DNA of 64,000 bases, from contig OX597816.1 in assembly GCA_951406725.2 (NCBI GenBank), positions 33,542,001 to 33,606,000 of the forward strand, given 5' to 3'. The position numbers were made by a program, and so were the translations under genes. The notes beneath the pieces were generated by a model. It had not been told where the DNA came from. It saw only the letters and a list, made by a program, of their open reading frames with translations, and made no database searches. This document shows positions 28,175 to 43,499 of this stretch, piece by piece. Within the stretch, counting starts at the first letter, position 1. Every line of letters starts with the position of its first letter. Source of the stretch: Octopus vulgaris. Lineage: Eukaryota.

Positions 28175-29370
28175 AATTTTAGTACTTTGATATCTCTCTC
28201 AGGTTTGTCTCTGAATCGAGTTTCAGGAGATCCTAATCAGTTTTGGAGGAGATTTGGTTTTGTTTCCTTTTTTAACTAATGACAGAAATATTCCTCTGAA
28301 GCAAAGATATATACAATAATTTATACAATGACTTGTTAAGAACTGTAGCCTAATGTTTAGAGGGTGCCTTGATTCATAATTATAACCCATACGCCGAATT
28401 AATGAACTGGGATCCACGAGTGTCGTTTACAAGACACTACATTTTATGCTGTTTCAAATCACGCAGCAGTAATGGGTAACAACTGAGTGCTAGTACCGCC
28501 CCACCTCCAGATATTATGCCCTGTAGGATCCGCAAGATCAAAGATATGGGACTATATTGCATAAGTGGCCGGTTGATAAAATTAATGAAAGTATGGTACG
28601 CGTTACGATAACAGACAAGTCTGCTGCAGTTGGACGGCTGTACTGTAATGATAAGACAGATGGAGAGCAGCAATTATGCATTTCACAACTATTTTGGATT
28701 ATTAAATGTTTGCGCTATATTAAAATAAATTGCAATAAATTAATTAATTTTTAGATAACAGTAACAATATGAAGATTCAGAAAGGAAATTTATTTTCTTT
28801 CGTAAATTTAGATATTTACAGTTCAGTGTCCTCTATCAAAGAACCTGCAACTCGATTATTGACTTATTGATATAATGCTATAGATCTGTAACTGTCATTT
28901 TAATTCTAAATACTTATGTTTATCTCAGGAAAATCGGCCAAATGTTTCATTATATCAAACGCAAATTACTAGATTGTAAATATGAGACACATTTACTGCC
29001 ACAAACGAAAATTCTCTCTGTAAATCGATACTTAAAATTGTTTTAGTTATAAATATATCGATGCTGATTGAGTATGGGTTACTTCTTCAGAAATTAATTT
29101 AGTTCCTTAATAGATAATTGTGTATTTTTTAATAGAAATAATTTAGGTTCCTTTGGCTTTCTAATAATAAAGTTAGCAAAACGATAAAAGGAAAGTTCAT
29201 TTGTAGAAACCTTATCATTTTCGGATAATTTATAGGTCAAATGCATAATCATTTCACAGATAATTATATAGTCCAATATTGAATATTGGAGAAATGTAAT
29301 TAATTACTGTAAATTGAAAATCATTTATTTGCCTCTGCAAAGTAAACAAATTCGTTCTCATTTTCATCAA

Positions 29371-29426
<56 letters not shown>

Positions 29427-29474
29427 CATTATTATTATCATTATTATTATTATTAATATTATTATTATTAATAT

Positions 29475-29523
<49 letters not shown>
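29371..29523. repeat. (ATT)n followed by (ACT)n trinucleotide microsatellite
   Basis: Directly visible; explains the poly-I/poly-T ORF. Confidence 0.97.
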
Positions 29524-29524
<1 letters not shown>

Positions 29525-32500
29525 ATTTTCTTATAATCATTAGCAGTAGTAATCAGAATAGCAGCAGTAGTAGTTGTAGTAGATGTTGTTTTCTATTTGG
29601 TCGTGACATTACGTTCTTTATAATGGTTCTGTTTTGGAATACTTTTTTTGGCTCCATTTTCAAGAAATGAATGACACATCTCCATCATTTCTCTACCATG
29701 TACGAAATTAAAGGTAGTTTGTATGTTGTTGATTTTTGCACTCAACTTTTGGCGCAAATTAAATAGAAATTTTATCTGTTTTTTCCAGTTGACATTCAAT
29801 GCAAATTATCTACAAGTGAATCAAAAAAGAAAAAAAAACTATTGAATAAATATGTTTCCCCCTCTGCACAGAAAGAACGCATCAGACTAATAAAATATAG
29901 AAAATACTGAAAATTAGAATATAAACGTTTTGAGAAGAAAATGGAGAATGATATTTTTGTGGCATAGGTGAGGACAATAATTTCAAACGTTAAATACATA
30001 ACATATTTTACTTAACAATTGTGTCATTGAATGAGAAGTTTTAAGTATAACCAAGATCTAGGCGGAAGAACATGAGTCATATAGTTGATAAGGAGGGCGT
30101 TGATAAAACTCCATTTCATAAAGATTGGGCGGTATTTTGATATACACAACGGAGTTAGACTCCGACACAATCTTGTTTAAAACAGCGTATATAAACGTAC
30201 CATAGTGACTGTGTAGCCCATAGAAGTGATGGCAGGAAAACATGTGAGATAGGGTTAGTTATACAGCTGCACATATGCTTACATCGCAGTGCAAGGAATA
30301 GTGCAGTCCAAGGGTACTAAAATGTATAGTGAGTGATTCGGAGCCACGTGTATATTGCAGCGCTTATAATGCAATGTGGGCGAGTTGATGAGATCGAACA
30401 ATTGGGAGTTGGACGAGTTAGCATATTCCTATGTTATCATGAGCATTACGGAGTAATTCCCGTGATGCAGCCTTTGTGTATTTAGAACGACGATTACAAA
30501 GACTTGCTCTGCAAGGATGATATCCCGGATTTTATGTTTGTCACGTCAAATGATATTTAGGGCTTAAAAGGTCACAGGTTTTAAAAAGATAAAGAAAGAC
30601 GACAATGAGGGGCAGCGGAACCAGCAGTGGCAGCAACAATATATCTCGAAGTTTACCACTGCGAATGCACTGACAATAGAATCAGTAGAAATGTAGATGG
30701 GCATTGCCAAAGCTAAACTCTTAAAGATAATATATCGCAAACGATAGCTAAATATGTGAAACAGAACCTGTTTAGTAAAAAAAAGAAAAAGAAATGAAGG
30801 AAAGTAAAAATAATATAACGAGGTAGACGAGATGAAAAGGAAAGCAAAATATATGAAGTATATCATTACTTAGGATGATATTGAGCGCGTGTAAGTTAGA
30901 TTGAGAAATATGTACTTCATATTGGAAACGATCATCGATAAACTCGAAAATGGTAAGACACAAAGTACAAGTTAACTATGGAATCATGATAATACCTTTA
31001 ATAATTTAATTTGGCATAAAACGGAAACATCTCCAAACGGTTTATATTTAACATGGCCATCCCCAAAATATCATTGGTAAGTGTGAGTATATGGTTTTAA
31101 TATGCAAAACACATTTCTCATCACGTCGAATAAAATGTAATACTTCTTTACCAAACAAAGAATGAACGGAAACTGCTAAAAGAAATCACGGAAGGAGAAG
31201 GGAGTTGCAATCTGAAGAGTAAAAAGTCGATATCATATGAGTGTGTGGAACGCGTAAGCAAAATAGTATATATAAAACCATACCAATGGTTTATTCACAG
31301 CAAAGATGCAGCTTTTTAGAGGATGCTGAAGTCTTCTTGATGCTCAAGTCCTACATCAAAACGTCTGACGCGACAATCGAGTGTAATATATTCTTAAATG
31401 TGACAGTTAACCAATGTCGTGGCCTGCGTTGATCCAGGCAAGATGGCAGATTCTCAACCGGAGTTAGGTTACCAGTTTTTTTAAAATTCTTTTTATTTGA
31501 ATAATGTCTTACTTTATTATTGTATGTTATATACAGTTTTATACATAATACATCTTTAATTTTTACTCAATAATGAATATGGTCCTTATAATTTTGTCTT
31601 GTACAAACCCATATAACCAGATGTTTTCTTTGCACATTTCAATATTTTTCTTCTTGTAAATTCGTACTAACGTATGTATTCATATATGTAGTCTTATTAA
31701 TATTGCTGAAGTACTCACCAATATGGTGATTATTTTAAAGAAACTGCACAAATATACAATGGGAAATTACTATATAGTCCACTGCAGGCAACATTGGGTC
31801 TAATATTTTTCATTCTCAATAGAAGCAGAACATAAGAGTCCTGAATGGTGAGAACTATGACAGAATGGTGGTTCTGCCCACGCGGGAGAAAACATATTTA
31901 AAAATAATTTTTGTATCGGAATATGTTGTCTTCATTATTTGATTTATTATTTCTTGAGTTTAGTCGGTTCATTATACAACGCCCTCAGTGCTTCCTTATT
32001 ATTAATCAAATAAGCTTGTTTGTCCAGTCCGTGTGAGGCTGGACAAATGATAAGTTGCCACCCTCTATGATTATAATATTGCGCATTGTAGGTGCAAAAC
32101 ATGGCTAAATTGGAACCTGACTACCACTACCACTAATTTTAAATGCATCCTCATCCTCATCATTGTTGTTGTTGTTATTATTATTAATATTAGTAGAAGC
32201 AGTTGTTGCAGTAGTAGTAATGATGTTCCATGACAGTCGAGATGTTTTCGGAGAAACTCTTGTGATAATAGCTATTAGATCGATTTACGATCTACGTTTC
32301 ACAGACACCGAGGTCATGTTTGTCTTTCAACTTTCCGAGTTCAATAAATTAATTTCCCATTAAGTATTGGTGTTGATTTAAACGACTGTGATCTTCTGAA
32401 ATTGTATAGCCTTTTGTCAATGTAATATGAAAATTATTATTTCTTTTATTATTCGTATTGTTATTAATATTGTAAATACTGATTTCAATTACGAGTTCTG

Positions 32501-33258
32501 ATTAGAATTTCCTTCAAGACTTTCCAATAAATCACGCTTCCAAAAGTAAGTTCTATAGTAAATAGTTGGTCGATTCTGTTCTACCCCTGTATTTTCGCGT
32601 AAGATCTCGTATAATACATCAATATTTGAGGTGATGTTACTTACGTTGCAATTTGGCGCATTATATAATATTACACTCAGGAAAATCATCTGAGGTGAGA
32701 TACATTCTGTCCAGAAAATAATTCAGTTTGACAACAAACTTAAAATAATGTAATAACAATGTGTTATTATACTCAAGTATCTGAGGATTTCAAGTTACTT
32801 TACTTCATCTGTTATGTGTAAATTGAAGTAAGTTGATACTTACAAAATTTGTAATTGTTTATGAAAATAGCATAAGAATAACGTAGAATCTATCAGTTGT
32901 GTTACAATAAGGATGATGGAAGGAAGGTAGCAATAAGAATTGATACTAGTCGCAACCGAAGCGAAATATTTGACAGCAACAAAAATATTTGCAAACAACA
33001 CTTGCAATACTAACCAGTGTTCTGGCCAAATTTACTTTGCCACTGAGGCGTGCTGGGGGAAAATATCGTATGAAGGAATATATAAATATTATATTATATT
33101 AATCTGAATGTTTTACAGAAACTCTACAATGTTGCTCTAAATTTCATGCTTATACGGTTTCTGTTGCTCCAGCAGGTGCAGTTTTCTATAAGGGGAGATG
33201 TTACATCTCATTTAAATAAACGTGGTAAAATAAATATGAACGTCCACATTGGTGTTGC

Positions 33259-33386
33259 AGTTTGCTTCCCAACTACATAGTTCCGGGTTCACCTTGAGCA
33301 AGTGTCTTCTACTCTAGCCTCGGGCCGACTAAAGCCTTGTGAGAGGATTTGGTAGACGGAAACTGAAAGAAGCCCATCGTATATAT

Positions 33387-33444
<58 letters not shown>

Positions 33445-33454
33445 GTGTGTGTGT

Positions 33455-33486
<32 letters not shown>

Positions 33487-33685
33487 TTGTGTGTATGTGT
33501 TTGTCCCCCCAACACAGCTTGACAACCGATGCTGGTGTGTTTACGTCCCTATAACTAGGCGGTTCGGCAAAAGAGACCAATATAATAAGTACTAGGCTTA
33601 CAAAGAATAAGTCCTGGGGTTGATTTGCTCGACTAAAGGCGGTGCTCCAGCATGGCCGCAATCAAATGAGTAAAAGAGTAAAAGA
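33259..33685 (+). mobile_element. SINE family A (5' end eroded) with internal (TA)n(TG)n
   Basis: ccgggttca...ttggtagacggaaactgaaagaagccc...ggtgctccagcatggccgc, ending in a (gagtaaaa)n tail. Confidence 0.88.
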
Positions 33686-35298
33686 TTAAGCCCTGTGTTT
33701 CTAGCCCAAGGGAATCGGTACTAAGGTCAATTAGAACTTCAAAATACCTTCCAAAATATAGAACTATGTCAAGCCACAAATGAAATTATGTTTCTCCCAG
33801 CAGACATGCATCCAAACAGTAGCTATTGGTATTGCTCTTCCCTCTAGAGGAAGCACTTGAAATATATTCACTAGTTACAGCATTCAATCATGCAACGATT
33901 AACAAGCAATTAAGACTCTCCCGTATTAATATTTCCATAGATAAATATGTAATGAGGCTGGACTTGGGAATCACGTTAAATATCCGCTAGAAGCGACGTA
34001 GCGGTACCAAACTCAGGTTTCCGAAAGGAAAAAAATTATAATAATCTGCTATGTATGCTTTTACAATCAACGAATACGGACATGTCCGCATTTAAAGATA
34101 TTTTTCACGGCATAAATTATGTGTATATTCAACGCAGAAATTATTATCCACACGTGTAAGGGAAGATGTTAGCAATATTATTATTATTAATTCAAAAGTC
34201 TAGATGTATTTATTGTTATAAACTTTGAAATCTCTGGCAATAAAATATCAAGTCCATGCATTTGTATATACGTACGTAATGCATACGTGGATGCATACAT
34301 ACATAGATACAAACATACAGACAGACAGACAGCCATAATGCATCCATATATACATACTGATATGCATACTAGAGAAATGGAGCAAACGTTGGTTAGTTGG
34401 AGGGTGGTGATTGATATATGACATGTAAATCACAAATAAATTACCTAATTAGTTGCTCCTGTGGGATGCAATCTTATAAGTTATTTTCAAATGTGTATTT
34501 CAATAGTATTTTTGTTTGACTCTATTGAGTGGATCAAATAATATATAAATTATTAGCAAGGATTTTATAAGTATTAAATTTTAATGATAGTCTAGGAGGG
34601 AAAAGCAGTGCAAGGAGGAAAAAAATTATATTAGGTTACAAGAGTGCGATTGCTAGAGGTATATAGAAATACCCACACATATACAGGCAGAGAATCAAAC
34701 ACACCATAACACACACACAGAAACACATACACACAAGTAAATATATGCTTGCAAACACATATATGTCAATGCAAATGTAAGAAATGAAGAATAACAAACA
34801 TGTAAACAGCCATTTAGAAAACTACTTGAGAAATCTTGACACTAACAAAGGTTACACTACAGCAATTTTCTTTATGCAAATATGTGTATACATATTCACA
34901 CACCAACACACAAAATGCTCGCACGCATACACACTATAATACATACCTTGGCACAGAGGTATACAAGCAAAAATGATACCAAGTCAAACAAATAAAAGTG
35001 TTACTTAAATGTAAAAGTACATTATGTTTACGTGCACATACAGATGAATATTATACACACACATGTATATGCATATATATAAAAATATATAAGAAAAATA
35101 CATGTATATTTACATACACTCCTGTATATGCACACGTACACACGCACATACACACATACACAGATTGCCTACAATTTCTCTGATGCTGCTGTGCATCGTT
35201 AAGCAGCTAGAAGAGATTTCCTCTTGGGATTAAAAAAATCGCAGTATCCGTTCGAACAGACAGCTATGTTGAAGTGACAGCATAATTCATTTGTGCTC

Positions 35299-35502
35299 AA
35301 GGCACGAGGCCCAAAATTTTGGGGGAGAGGAGTTCAGTCGATTAGATCGACACCAATACGCAGCTAGTACTTAATTTATCGACACCAAATGGATGAAAGG
35401 TAAAGGCGCCCTCGGTGGAATTTTAACTCAGAACTTAAAACGAACGAAATAACGCTAAGCATTTCACCCGACATGCCATCTTTTCTGCCAGCTCGCCGCC
35501 TT
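35299..35502 (-). mobile_element. SINE family B
   Basis: Ends ctgccagctcgccgcctt; central ggatgaaagg..aagg..ccctcgg domain present. Confidence 0.85.
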
Positions 35503-36661
35503 GCAGTGGCTACATACGTTACTTGTTAGTACAACTACTGTGTTTATCTCTTAGTGAAATTGTAGAAGTAGTAATTTTTCTTGTTGCAAAATCAGCGATT
35601 GTATGTTGCTTGAAATATTATTGCGGGCAAAAGCGAGCTCCTGCCATCTCTAGCAGGCGAGGTGTCCAGTACTGAATAGGGGCAGGAATAGCACGAAACC
35701 AGACTAGTCTGTTGGACCCATCGCTATAAGTTGGCAAGGGTTCGCTCCCCTGCTCTCAATAACTTGAATGCAGCTAGAGGATATGTCCACATGGAGTTTA
35801 AAGAATCGCAGTAAAGTCCTAAAGCTTTAGAGCAGCAATATAAATAAGCCCGCTGCAACTCATTTGAATATCAACACCGCCGGAGTTGAAATACCCACGC
35901 GATAGTCATCCTAGTCATCTTTTAGTCGAGTTTTGTCTATGATATATGTAAATGTCTTCTAGAAAGTGGATAAAATATTACATTATCAAAGCACTAAAAT
36001 GTTCTACCTGTTAAAATTCATTGATAGAGAGTGTAACGTTCAGTGTTTCAATCTCTAGTTCTGTAAAAATTTAATCTCAGCTGAATTGATGCGAAAATAT
36101 TGATATATTTTCCATTGGTTCAGATGTCATACGTTTACGAACTAGAAAAATGGGATTTTCTGAACTTTAATTTTGTTTCGAAATGCGTCTTTTGCGAGGG
36201 AATCCTAGAAACAGAAGTTAAAACCTGAATTCTGAGTCAAGGAAACGTCAGTACAAACACCCACAAAACTCAAATAGCTACACCATAAATGTAGACTCGC
36301 TAGCATTTCCTCTTGAAAATGTCATTTATATAAAGGCCATGACATTTAATTATTGTCGTGTATTTTCGTTACAGAACAACGCCTTTTATATGATGACAAC
36401 GGGAAAATAATTTAAAATGATGTATTTGCAGCAAATTCTATTTCCTAAATCTGTGAATTCGCTATTTTTAATTTGCAGCTAACAAGCCAAATGTTACAAA
36501 TTTCGGAATTACGAAAAAGCGTCATATAGAGATTCGTGCCTTTAACAATGTGCAAAATGAAAAAGATTGTATCTCTGTATACTGGTTCTTCAAAGCTCGT
36601 TTCCGATTCACCAAAATGATATTAATTGTGGCTGCTGTCAATAGAGCATATCATAGAACGT

Positions 36662-37050
36662 AGTGGAGGCGCAATGGCCCAGTGGTTAGGGCAGCGGACT
36701 CGCGGTCGTAGGATCGTGGTTTCGATTCCCAGACCAGGCATTGTGAGTGTTTATTGAGCGAAAACACCTAAAGCTTCACAAGGCTCCTACAGGGGGTGGT
36801 GGTGAACCCTGCTGTACTCTTTCACCACAACTTTCTCTCATTCTTACTTCCTGTTTCTGTTGTACCTGAATTTCAAAGGGCCAGCCTTGTCACTCTCTGT
36901 GTCACACTGAATCTCCCCGAGAACTACGTTAAGGGTACACGTGTCTGTGGAGTGCTCAGCCACTTGCACGTTAATTCCACGAGCAAGCTGTTCCGTTGAT
37001 CGTATCAGCTGGGACCTTCATCGTCGTAACCGACGGAGTGCTCCTATACT
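36662..37050 (+). mobile_element. tRNA-derived SINE family C with perfect 14-bp TSD
   Basis: GGAGGCGCAATGGCCCAGTGGTTAGGG (A box)...GGTTTCGATTCCC (B box); the anticodon-arm-like GACTCGCGGTC suggests tRNA-Arg origin. TSD atatcatagaacgt at 36648-36661 / 37051-37064. Confidence 0.92.
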
Positions 37051-38050
37051 ATATCATAGAACGTGTCTACACTCATGAGTCACATGACATCGTTAAAACC
37101 ATCAACATGACTGGTAGATAAAATAAGATGATTGTGTATATATTATCTTTGGTGTTAGACTTGGGATTTCATGATTTTTACCTTTGTATGAAATGTATAG
37201 AAGTTCTGTAGTGTGGTCATTTCTAAAAATAATTCTCTGCTTCAACAGTTGCACAGCTCTATTAATGTTAGAAATAATACTTTACTAATATGTAATAACA
37301 CAGACAGTGCGATATGCTAAATACCTCATTATTGACGCAACCGTGCAAGCCGCTCTTCCACGGCTGTATGCTTAATTCAACTACCTCCGAAAATATCAAG
37401 CACAAGGTCACATAGTACCAAATAGATGTAGTTCCATATTCTGTCATGTATATTAGACATACTGCATTATTGCTTTTGTGATCCAAATAACCTGAAATAA
37501 AGTAATTGTTTGTTTCCTTATGATGATTTCGCATTGAACACTTAACATATCCATTTTTTAAATACATTGTTTAGGTAAGTTATTCTAGGAAAAAATTAAC
37601 ATTGTACAGCTAAAATTAAATTTTGAGTCTCTATCATTCATTCAGTATTTAAAAAACGGTGTTGGCCTTTTCACGTTTAACCAGCCATGAAAAAAAGACG
37701 GTATAGCGTTTTTTTTTTCTTTCTCAATTCATTACTTAATAGTACTTTAGATTGTGTTTTCATTCCATATGTAATTGCTGTGTAGTCTTGATCTCAACAA
37801 TACTCTTCAGTCCAAAATTACATATATAAAGAAACGAGACTTTAATCAGTAGGTAATTTCATTATTTTAAATATATTCCTAGAAATACGGTTTCTCGTTC
37901 ATTGTTTATGTTTGAATGTTAACTTCTTGCCTTTTCACCAGAATAGATTGGCTAATACGTATGATTAGTTACCTCAATGTTACCGTATCAAATGAGTATC
38001 TTTTTTCATTCTTCTCCCAAAGATCTTCAAATTAGTATCTTGTAAATCTA

Positions 38051-38263
38051 GGGCTGCGAGCTGGCAGAGTCTTTACCATCCCGAGCGAAATGCTTCCCGG
38101 TATTTGGTCCGCCTTCATTTTCTGAGTTCAAATTTCGCTTCGGTCAACTTTGTCTTTCATCCTTCCGGTATCAATAAAATAATTACTTGTCGAATTCTGG
38201 GTTTGATGGAATGAACTTACCCCACTCCCCTGAAATTGCTGGCCTTCTGCCAACATTTCAAAC
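38051..38263 (+). mobile_element. SINE family B (diverged)
   Basis: gcgagctggcaga...ttctgagttcaaatt...gtcaactttgtctttcatccttccgg. Confidence 0.8.
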
Positions 38264-38397
38264 TGTATGCGATTGGCATTACCAGCATTACCCATGAAAT
38301 ATTTTCCAAAGGTTTAATATAGAAGATCAGTCATTTAAAAAAGTATTCAATATTAGGAATATTCAAAAATAAACAATGAACGAGAAGCCATATATTA

Positions 38398-38757
38398 GGT
38401 GCAGGAGTGGCTGTGTGGTAAGTAGCTTGCTTACCAACAACGTGGTTCCGGGTTCAGTCCCACTGCATGGCATATTGGACAAGTGTCCTCTACTATAGAC
38501 TCGGGCTAACCAAAGCCTTGTGAATGGAATTAGTAGACGGAAACTGAGAGAAACCCGTCGCATATATATATTCAACATCGCTTGACAACTGAAGCCTGGT
38601 GTGTTTACGTACCAGTAATTTAGGGGTTCGGAAAAATTGAACGATAGAACAAGTACTACGATTACAAAGAATAAGTCCTGGGATCGATTTACTCGACTAA
38701 AGGTGGTGCTCCAGCATGACCGCTCTCAAATGACTGGAACAATTAAAAGAATAAAAA
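38398..38757 (+). mobile_element. SINE family A, full length, short internal microsatellite
   Basis: GGTGCAGGAGTGGCTGTGTGGTAAG...GGGTTCAGTCCC...ggtgctccagcatg...aaaagaataaaa. Confidence 0.9.
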
Positions 38758-39195
38758 ATATATAACTTCCATACGAAAAAGAGCTAGAAAGAATTATGGT
38801 GGGGAGATATAGATTCTTAGAAATGCAGAGGTACTTTAATATATTGTATTTATTTCAATATGGCTGTGTATTTGATATATTATATTTTACATGGCATAAC
38901 AGAAATTTTGCTGCTGTATTAATGTGCATAGTTTATTGACAGTTCCTCCAATATTCTCAAGTGTGATATGGTGTCCAATATTTTTGACAATGAATTCCTA
39001 CTAAACTAAGATTTGTCTTTCATTTTTTTTTTCATTTGCAGTTCTCAATAACTGTTCAGTTTGCCAATAATTAGCCTTAGAATCAATGAATAAGATTTCA
39101 ATAACGCTATTCTCATAGGAAAATAACATTTTCCAAACACAGCAGGCCTGTTAAGTGTAAAAGTTTGAGTTTATCTAACACAAAGAGGCAGACAC

Positions 39196-39234
39196 ACACA
39201 CATATACACACACGCGCGCTCGCGCACACACGCG

Positions 39235-39315
<81 letters not shown>
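39196..39315. repeat. (CA)n/(CG)n microsatellite
   Basis: Directly visible. Confidence 0.95.
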
Positions 39316-39318
<3 letters not shown>

Positions 39319-39439
39319 TTTGAATCCCTGCTACCCAAAAGTGCACCACCGTCACCTACAAGAGAGATTTTTCGTGGTTGGTGGAACAGCTAAACATACA
39401 AGACATTCTTTCAAAGAACATACAAATAGAAACTCGTTG

Positions 39440-39750
39440 GGGGGAAAAGGTCTGGACAGCACGGAAGGCGGGGGATAGTTTCGAACCCCTTCTCTGTTAA
39501 GTAGTTGGTTACTATGATGGAACTGTGCATAGGTACATTGTCCTGGTACAGACGATGAGATCTTTTAGATGAAATCACTTCCCAAAACTCCCTCAAACCC
39601 TCTATGAAGTACTATGTATGGCCTTCCGGCTAGAGAGATCCCAGTGGGTTTGGAAGATGGCTTTTCAGTTGATAATAGGGATCACCGTGAGCTTCCTGGT
39701 GGATATGCTTTGCGTCCCCTTCTTGTGCCGGCGAAACGCAGTTCTTCGGC
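39440..39750 (-). pseudogene. Mariner transposase catalytic-domain fragment
   Basis: ORF 39411-39596 reads YQDNVPMHSSIIVTNYLTEKGFETIPRLPCCPDL, a decayed HQDNAP.H...PHPPYSPDLAP. Confidence 0.75.
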
Positions 39751-40852
39751 TCATGCAAGCTAATCGATAAACAATTGGTGTATTGCAATCTGTGTATAGC
39801 GATTTTGCCCTATTTAACACATAAGAGACTAGAAAGTTGAGCTATATTACTTCAAACTGCACACAAACGACTGAAAAATATAACATTTGATATTTAATTA
39901 TGGAAATAAGATGGTATGCATTATCATACTAATAAAATTTTTGTGAAGTATATATTTTGTCTTACAATATGTTATATTAAAAGGAACCTGATGTTTTGTG
40001 CAAGCCAGATGTATATATTTTTCAGTTTCAACTGTATAGGTGGATAAATGTTTAAATTTCTTTTCAGCAAACTCGTCTCCTGTGGGCGGTTTATATGAAT
40101 CCTCTGTGATTGCTAATCAAAGAAGAATTATGTCTGTTTACACCTCTTGATGAGTGAGACATTGAATGAGAAAATTGCTTGAATACTGAAGAATTTGTAG
40201 ACAAGGTGCTTCAAACGATTTGTACGTTTTATTGCTAACGTCATCTTGTTTCTGTTTTAGATTTTCGAATTACTACTACTAGTGCAACTGCTACTACTAC
40301 TGCTGCTGCTGTTGCTGCTAATACTACTAGATGGTACTGCTGCTACAACTCGAGCTTGTCGTGTTGGTGGTGATTGCTATGCAGTAAGTGCAGGAAAGCA
40401 GTGAAGATATGATTTTCATAATAAATAGGGAAACGATTTTTTAGGGAAATATGATCATTATATTATATAAATGTAGTTTTAAGAAAATATCTTTCTCTCC
40501 AAATATAAATGCTGGCTCATAGCAAAATCATTCCTGGGAGCTATATGTCAAACGGAGTGGGTTCAACGAAACGAGTAAAGTCCTAAATAACACTAAACTG
40601 AATAGGAATGACGAAAAAGGAAAACAAACAATACATGACACAAATTATTCATGCAGTGACGCCTTAGATGCTCGGTGGGAGCTGATTTAAAAGGATCTTT
40701 GATATCGAATGCATATAGGAAATATAAACAAAATCAGAACCTATTGATCGCACTTCAATAAAACGTTGTTTCATAAGATTTCACACACTGCAACACATAT
40801 ACACAAATATATGCATTCAAAGAAGCGTTAATAGTCAGTGTCCATACACAGT

Positions 40853-40940
40853 TTATATATATATATATATAAATATATGTTTGTGCGTGTTTGTGTGTGC
40901 GCTCATATATAGAACGTATATGCATATTATAAATATATGC

Positions 40941-40993
<53 letters not shown>

Positions 40994-41024
40994 TATATAT
41001 ATATATACATATGTATATATATAT

Positions 41025-41058
<34 letters not shown>

Positions 41059-41165
41059 GTATGTATATATATATATTCACACAAACATATCTATATACAC
41101 AAGCGTATATATATATATATATATATATATGCATATACACACACACACAATATATATATATATGT
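40853..41165. repeat. Interrupted (TA)n microsatellite
   Basis: Directly visible. Confidence 0.93.
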
Positions 41166-41580
41166 ATAAAGGCATGTATAATACACGTATAATAAACATG
41201 TGAATTTCTAAAATGGATTCCGTCGTATACTTTGATGAATATTTGAATAGGTTATATACATATAGAACAAGCTTAGATAACAAAGAGACAATCATATTCC
41301 GTTGCCTCAATCATGTGTGCATGAGCGTGAATTGAAATTTGAATTATGAACGTAATGAAATGAATACGAATAATTATAAAATTCCCGGGACACATGTTGT
41401 TTTGCTTTTTTACTCTCATACAATACGAGCACTTGGAAATCTACTTCTAAAAACATTCATTGCATCACCTGAAGCATATATTGAAGCCATTGAGTTGAAA
41501 AGATAATATTAACGCCAAACTCAAACCTACATCCACACCAATCTCATACACTCTTATTCTATTACTCTGTAATGTTTCTG

Positions 41581-41651
<71 letters not shown>

Positions 41652-42718
41652 TGGTATGTATTTGCATATATCCATATATCTGTGTGTAATTCAACATGAG
41701 CATAGATTTATTTATGCAAACATACATACATTCATAAATATTACATTTTCAAATATATATATTCTATGATTTTTTGGGGTTTTTTTTTCCTCTTTTTGTA
41801 GGGTAGGGTGTTCTAAAATTCTTGTTATCTCGTATGTTGAAACAAATTTTGTTGTATCACGTGAGAGGCATAATATTTATAATATACACACGCACATTTT
41901 CAATATGCACACAGTTATACATCTACACGTATTTAGATGCATATATGTACACTGCAAAATTTATAAATTGCTCCACTGAATGATTGCTGAATGAATGGAT
42001 TAATTTCTTGGGCTAACAGCTAACTCATTAAAGAATAACAAAGCAGTGAAATTGAAGCAGTGAGCGTAATTTTTTATTGGCTTAATGACACACAGACATA
42101 CAATCAAATTTAGGTCCCCGTATAAAAGTACATATAGTTCGCATATGACAAAATACTCCATACATTCCCACAAAGACTAAATTCTATAATAATTAAGATT
42201 CTTTGACATAAATAGTAATTAAACAAATATGGTATGTATTGCTCTCAAAAAATTATATTTCCAGGACTAGCACTTTTAGGAAAATATAATATTTTACCTA
42301 ATTGTGAAAAGAATATAGACCGCCATATCATTAATACACAGTGGGTGGAAGATACGATTTATTCTCTACAAAGCATGGATAACTAATGAGGAATTACATT
42401 TGATAACAAATACTTTAACAAATGAAGATTTAAAGCCTGAAGACTCATAATTTCTTTGCTTTCTCCAATCATCGTCACTTCAAAAGTTAAATTAACATGT
42501 TGCAGTAAACATTTCAAACTACATATAGAAATATATACGTAAATATATGTATATACAAAAACAAATAAGTTCACACATCCACACGCACACACACACACAC
42601 ACGTACACTCACGCCTACACGTACACACATCCACGCACGTATATACATATGCAGACATACACGTACATGTATATACATATATATATACATATATGTATAT
42701 ATATACATAAAAACACAG

Positions 42719-42793
<75 letters not shown>

Positions 42794-42862
42794 AACATAT
42801 GTATACATATATGTATACACACATATATACACATACATGCATTTATACACACACACGTACAT

Positions 42863-42893
<31 letters not shown>

Positions 42894-42904
42894 CCCATAA
42901 TTTG

Positions 42905-43284
42905 TGACACTCCGTCGGTTACGACGACGAGGGTTCTAGTTGAACCGATCAAGGGAACAGCCTGCTCGTGAAATGAACATCCAAGTGGCTAAGCACTCCA
43001 TAGACATGTGTACCTTTAATGTAGTTCTGAGAGAGATTCAACGTGACACAGAGTTTGACAAGGCTAGCCGTTTGAAGTGCAGGTACAACAGAAACAGGAA
43101 TAAAGAGTGGGAGAAATTTGCCATGAAAGATTACAGCAGGGTTCACCACCAGCCCCTGCCCTAGCCTCGTCCATCGTTAGTTGTTTTCGCTCAATAAACA
43201 CTCTCAACGCCCGGTCCTGGATTGAAACAGCGACCGTACGACTACTAGTCCGTTGCCCTAACCATTGGCCCATTGTGCCTTCAC
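42905..43284 (-). mobile_element. SINE family C
   Basis: Reverse complement of 36662-37050 (cactccgtcggttacgacgacgagg...gccctaaccattggcccattgtgccttcac). Confidence 0.88.
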
Positions 43285-43449
43285 TTATATATATATATAT
43301 ACATACATATGTATATAGACCTAAATAGATTTTTATGTACATATATATATATACTTCTATATTTCTCTCTATATATATGCATATCTTCATACATATACAT
43401 ACATATGTTCATACATATACATACATACATATATATATATATATAAATA

Positions 43450-43490
<41 letters not shown>

Positions 43491-43499
43491 ACATAGTTT

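Noticed and set aside
30060-30720. Moderately GC-richer stretch, possible exon or LINE relic
   Set aside because: No open frame or motif I can identify.
36665-36735. tRNA gene (also at 47231 and 43215-43284)
   Set aside because: These are SINE heads: followed by a shared ~320-bp body, TSDs in two copies, and no closing acceptor stem.
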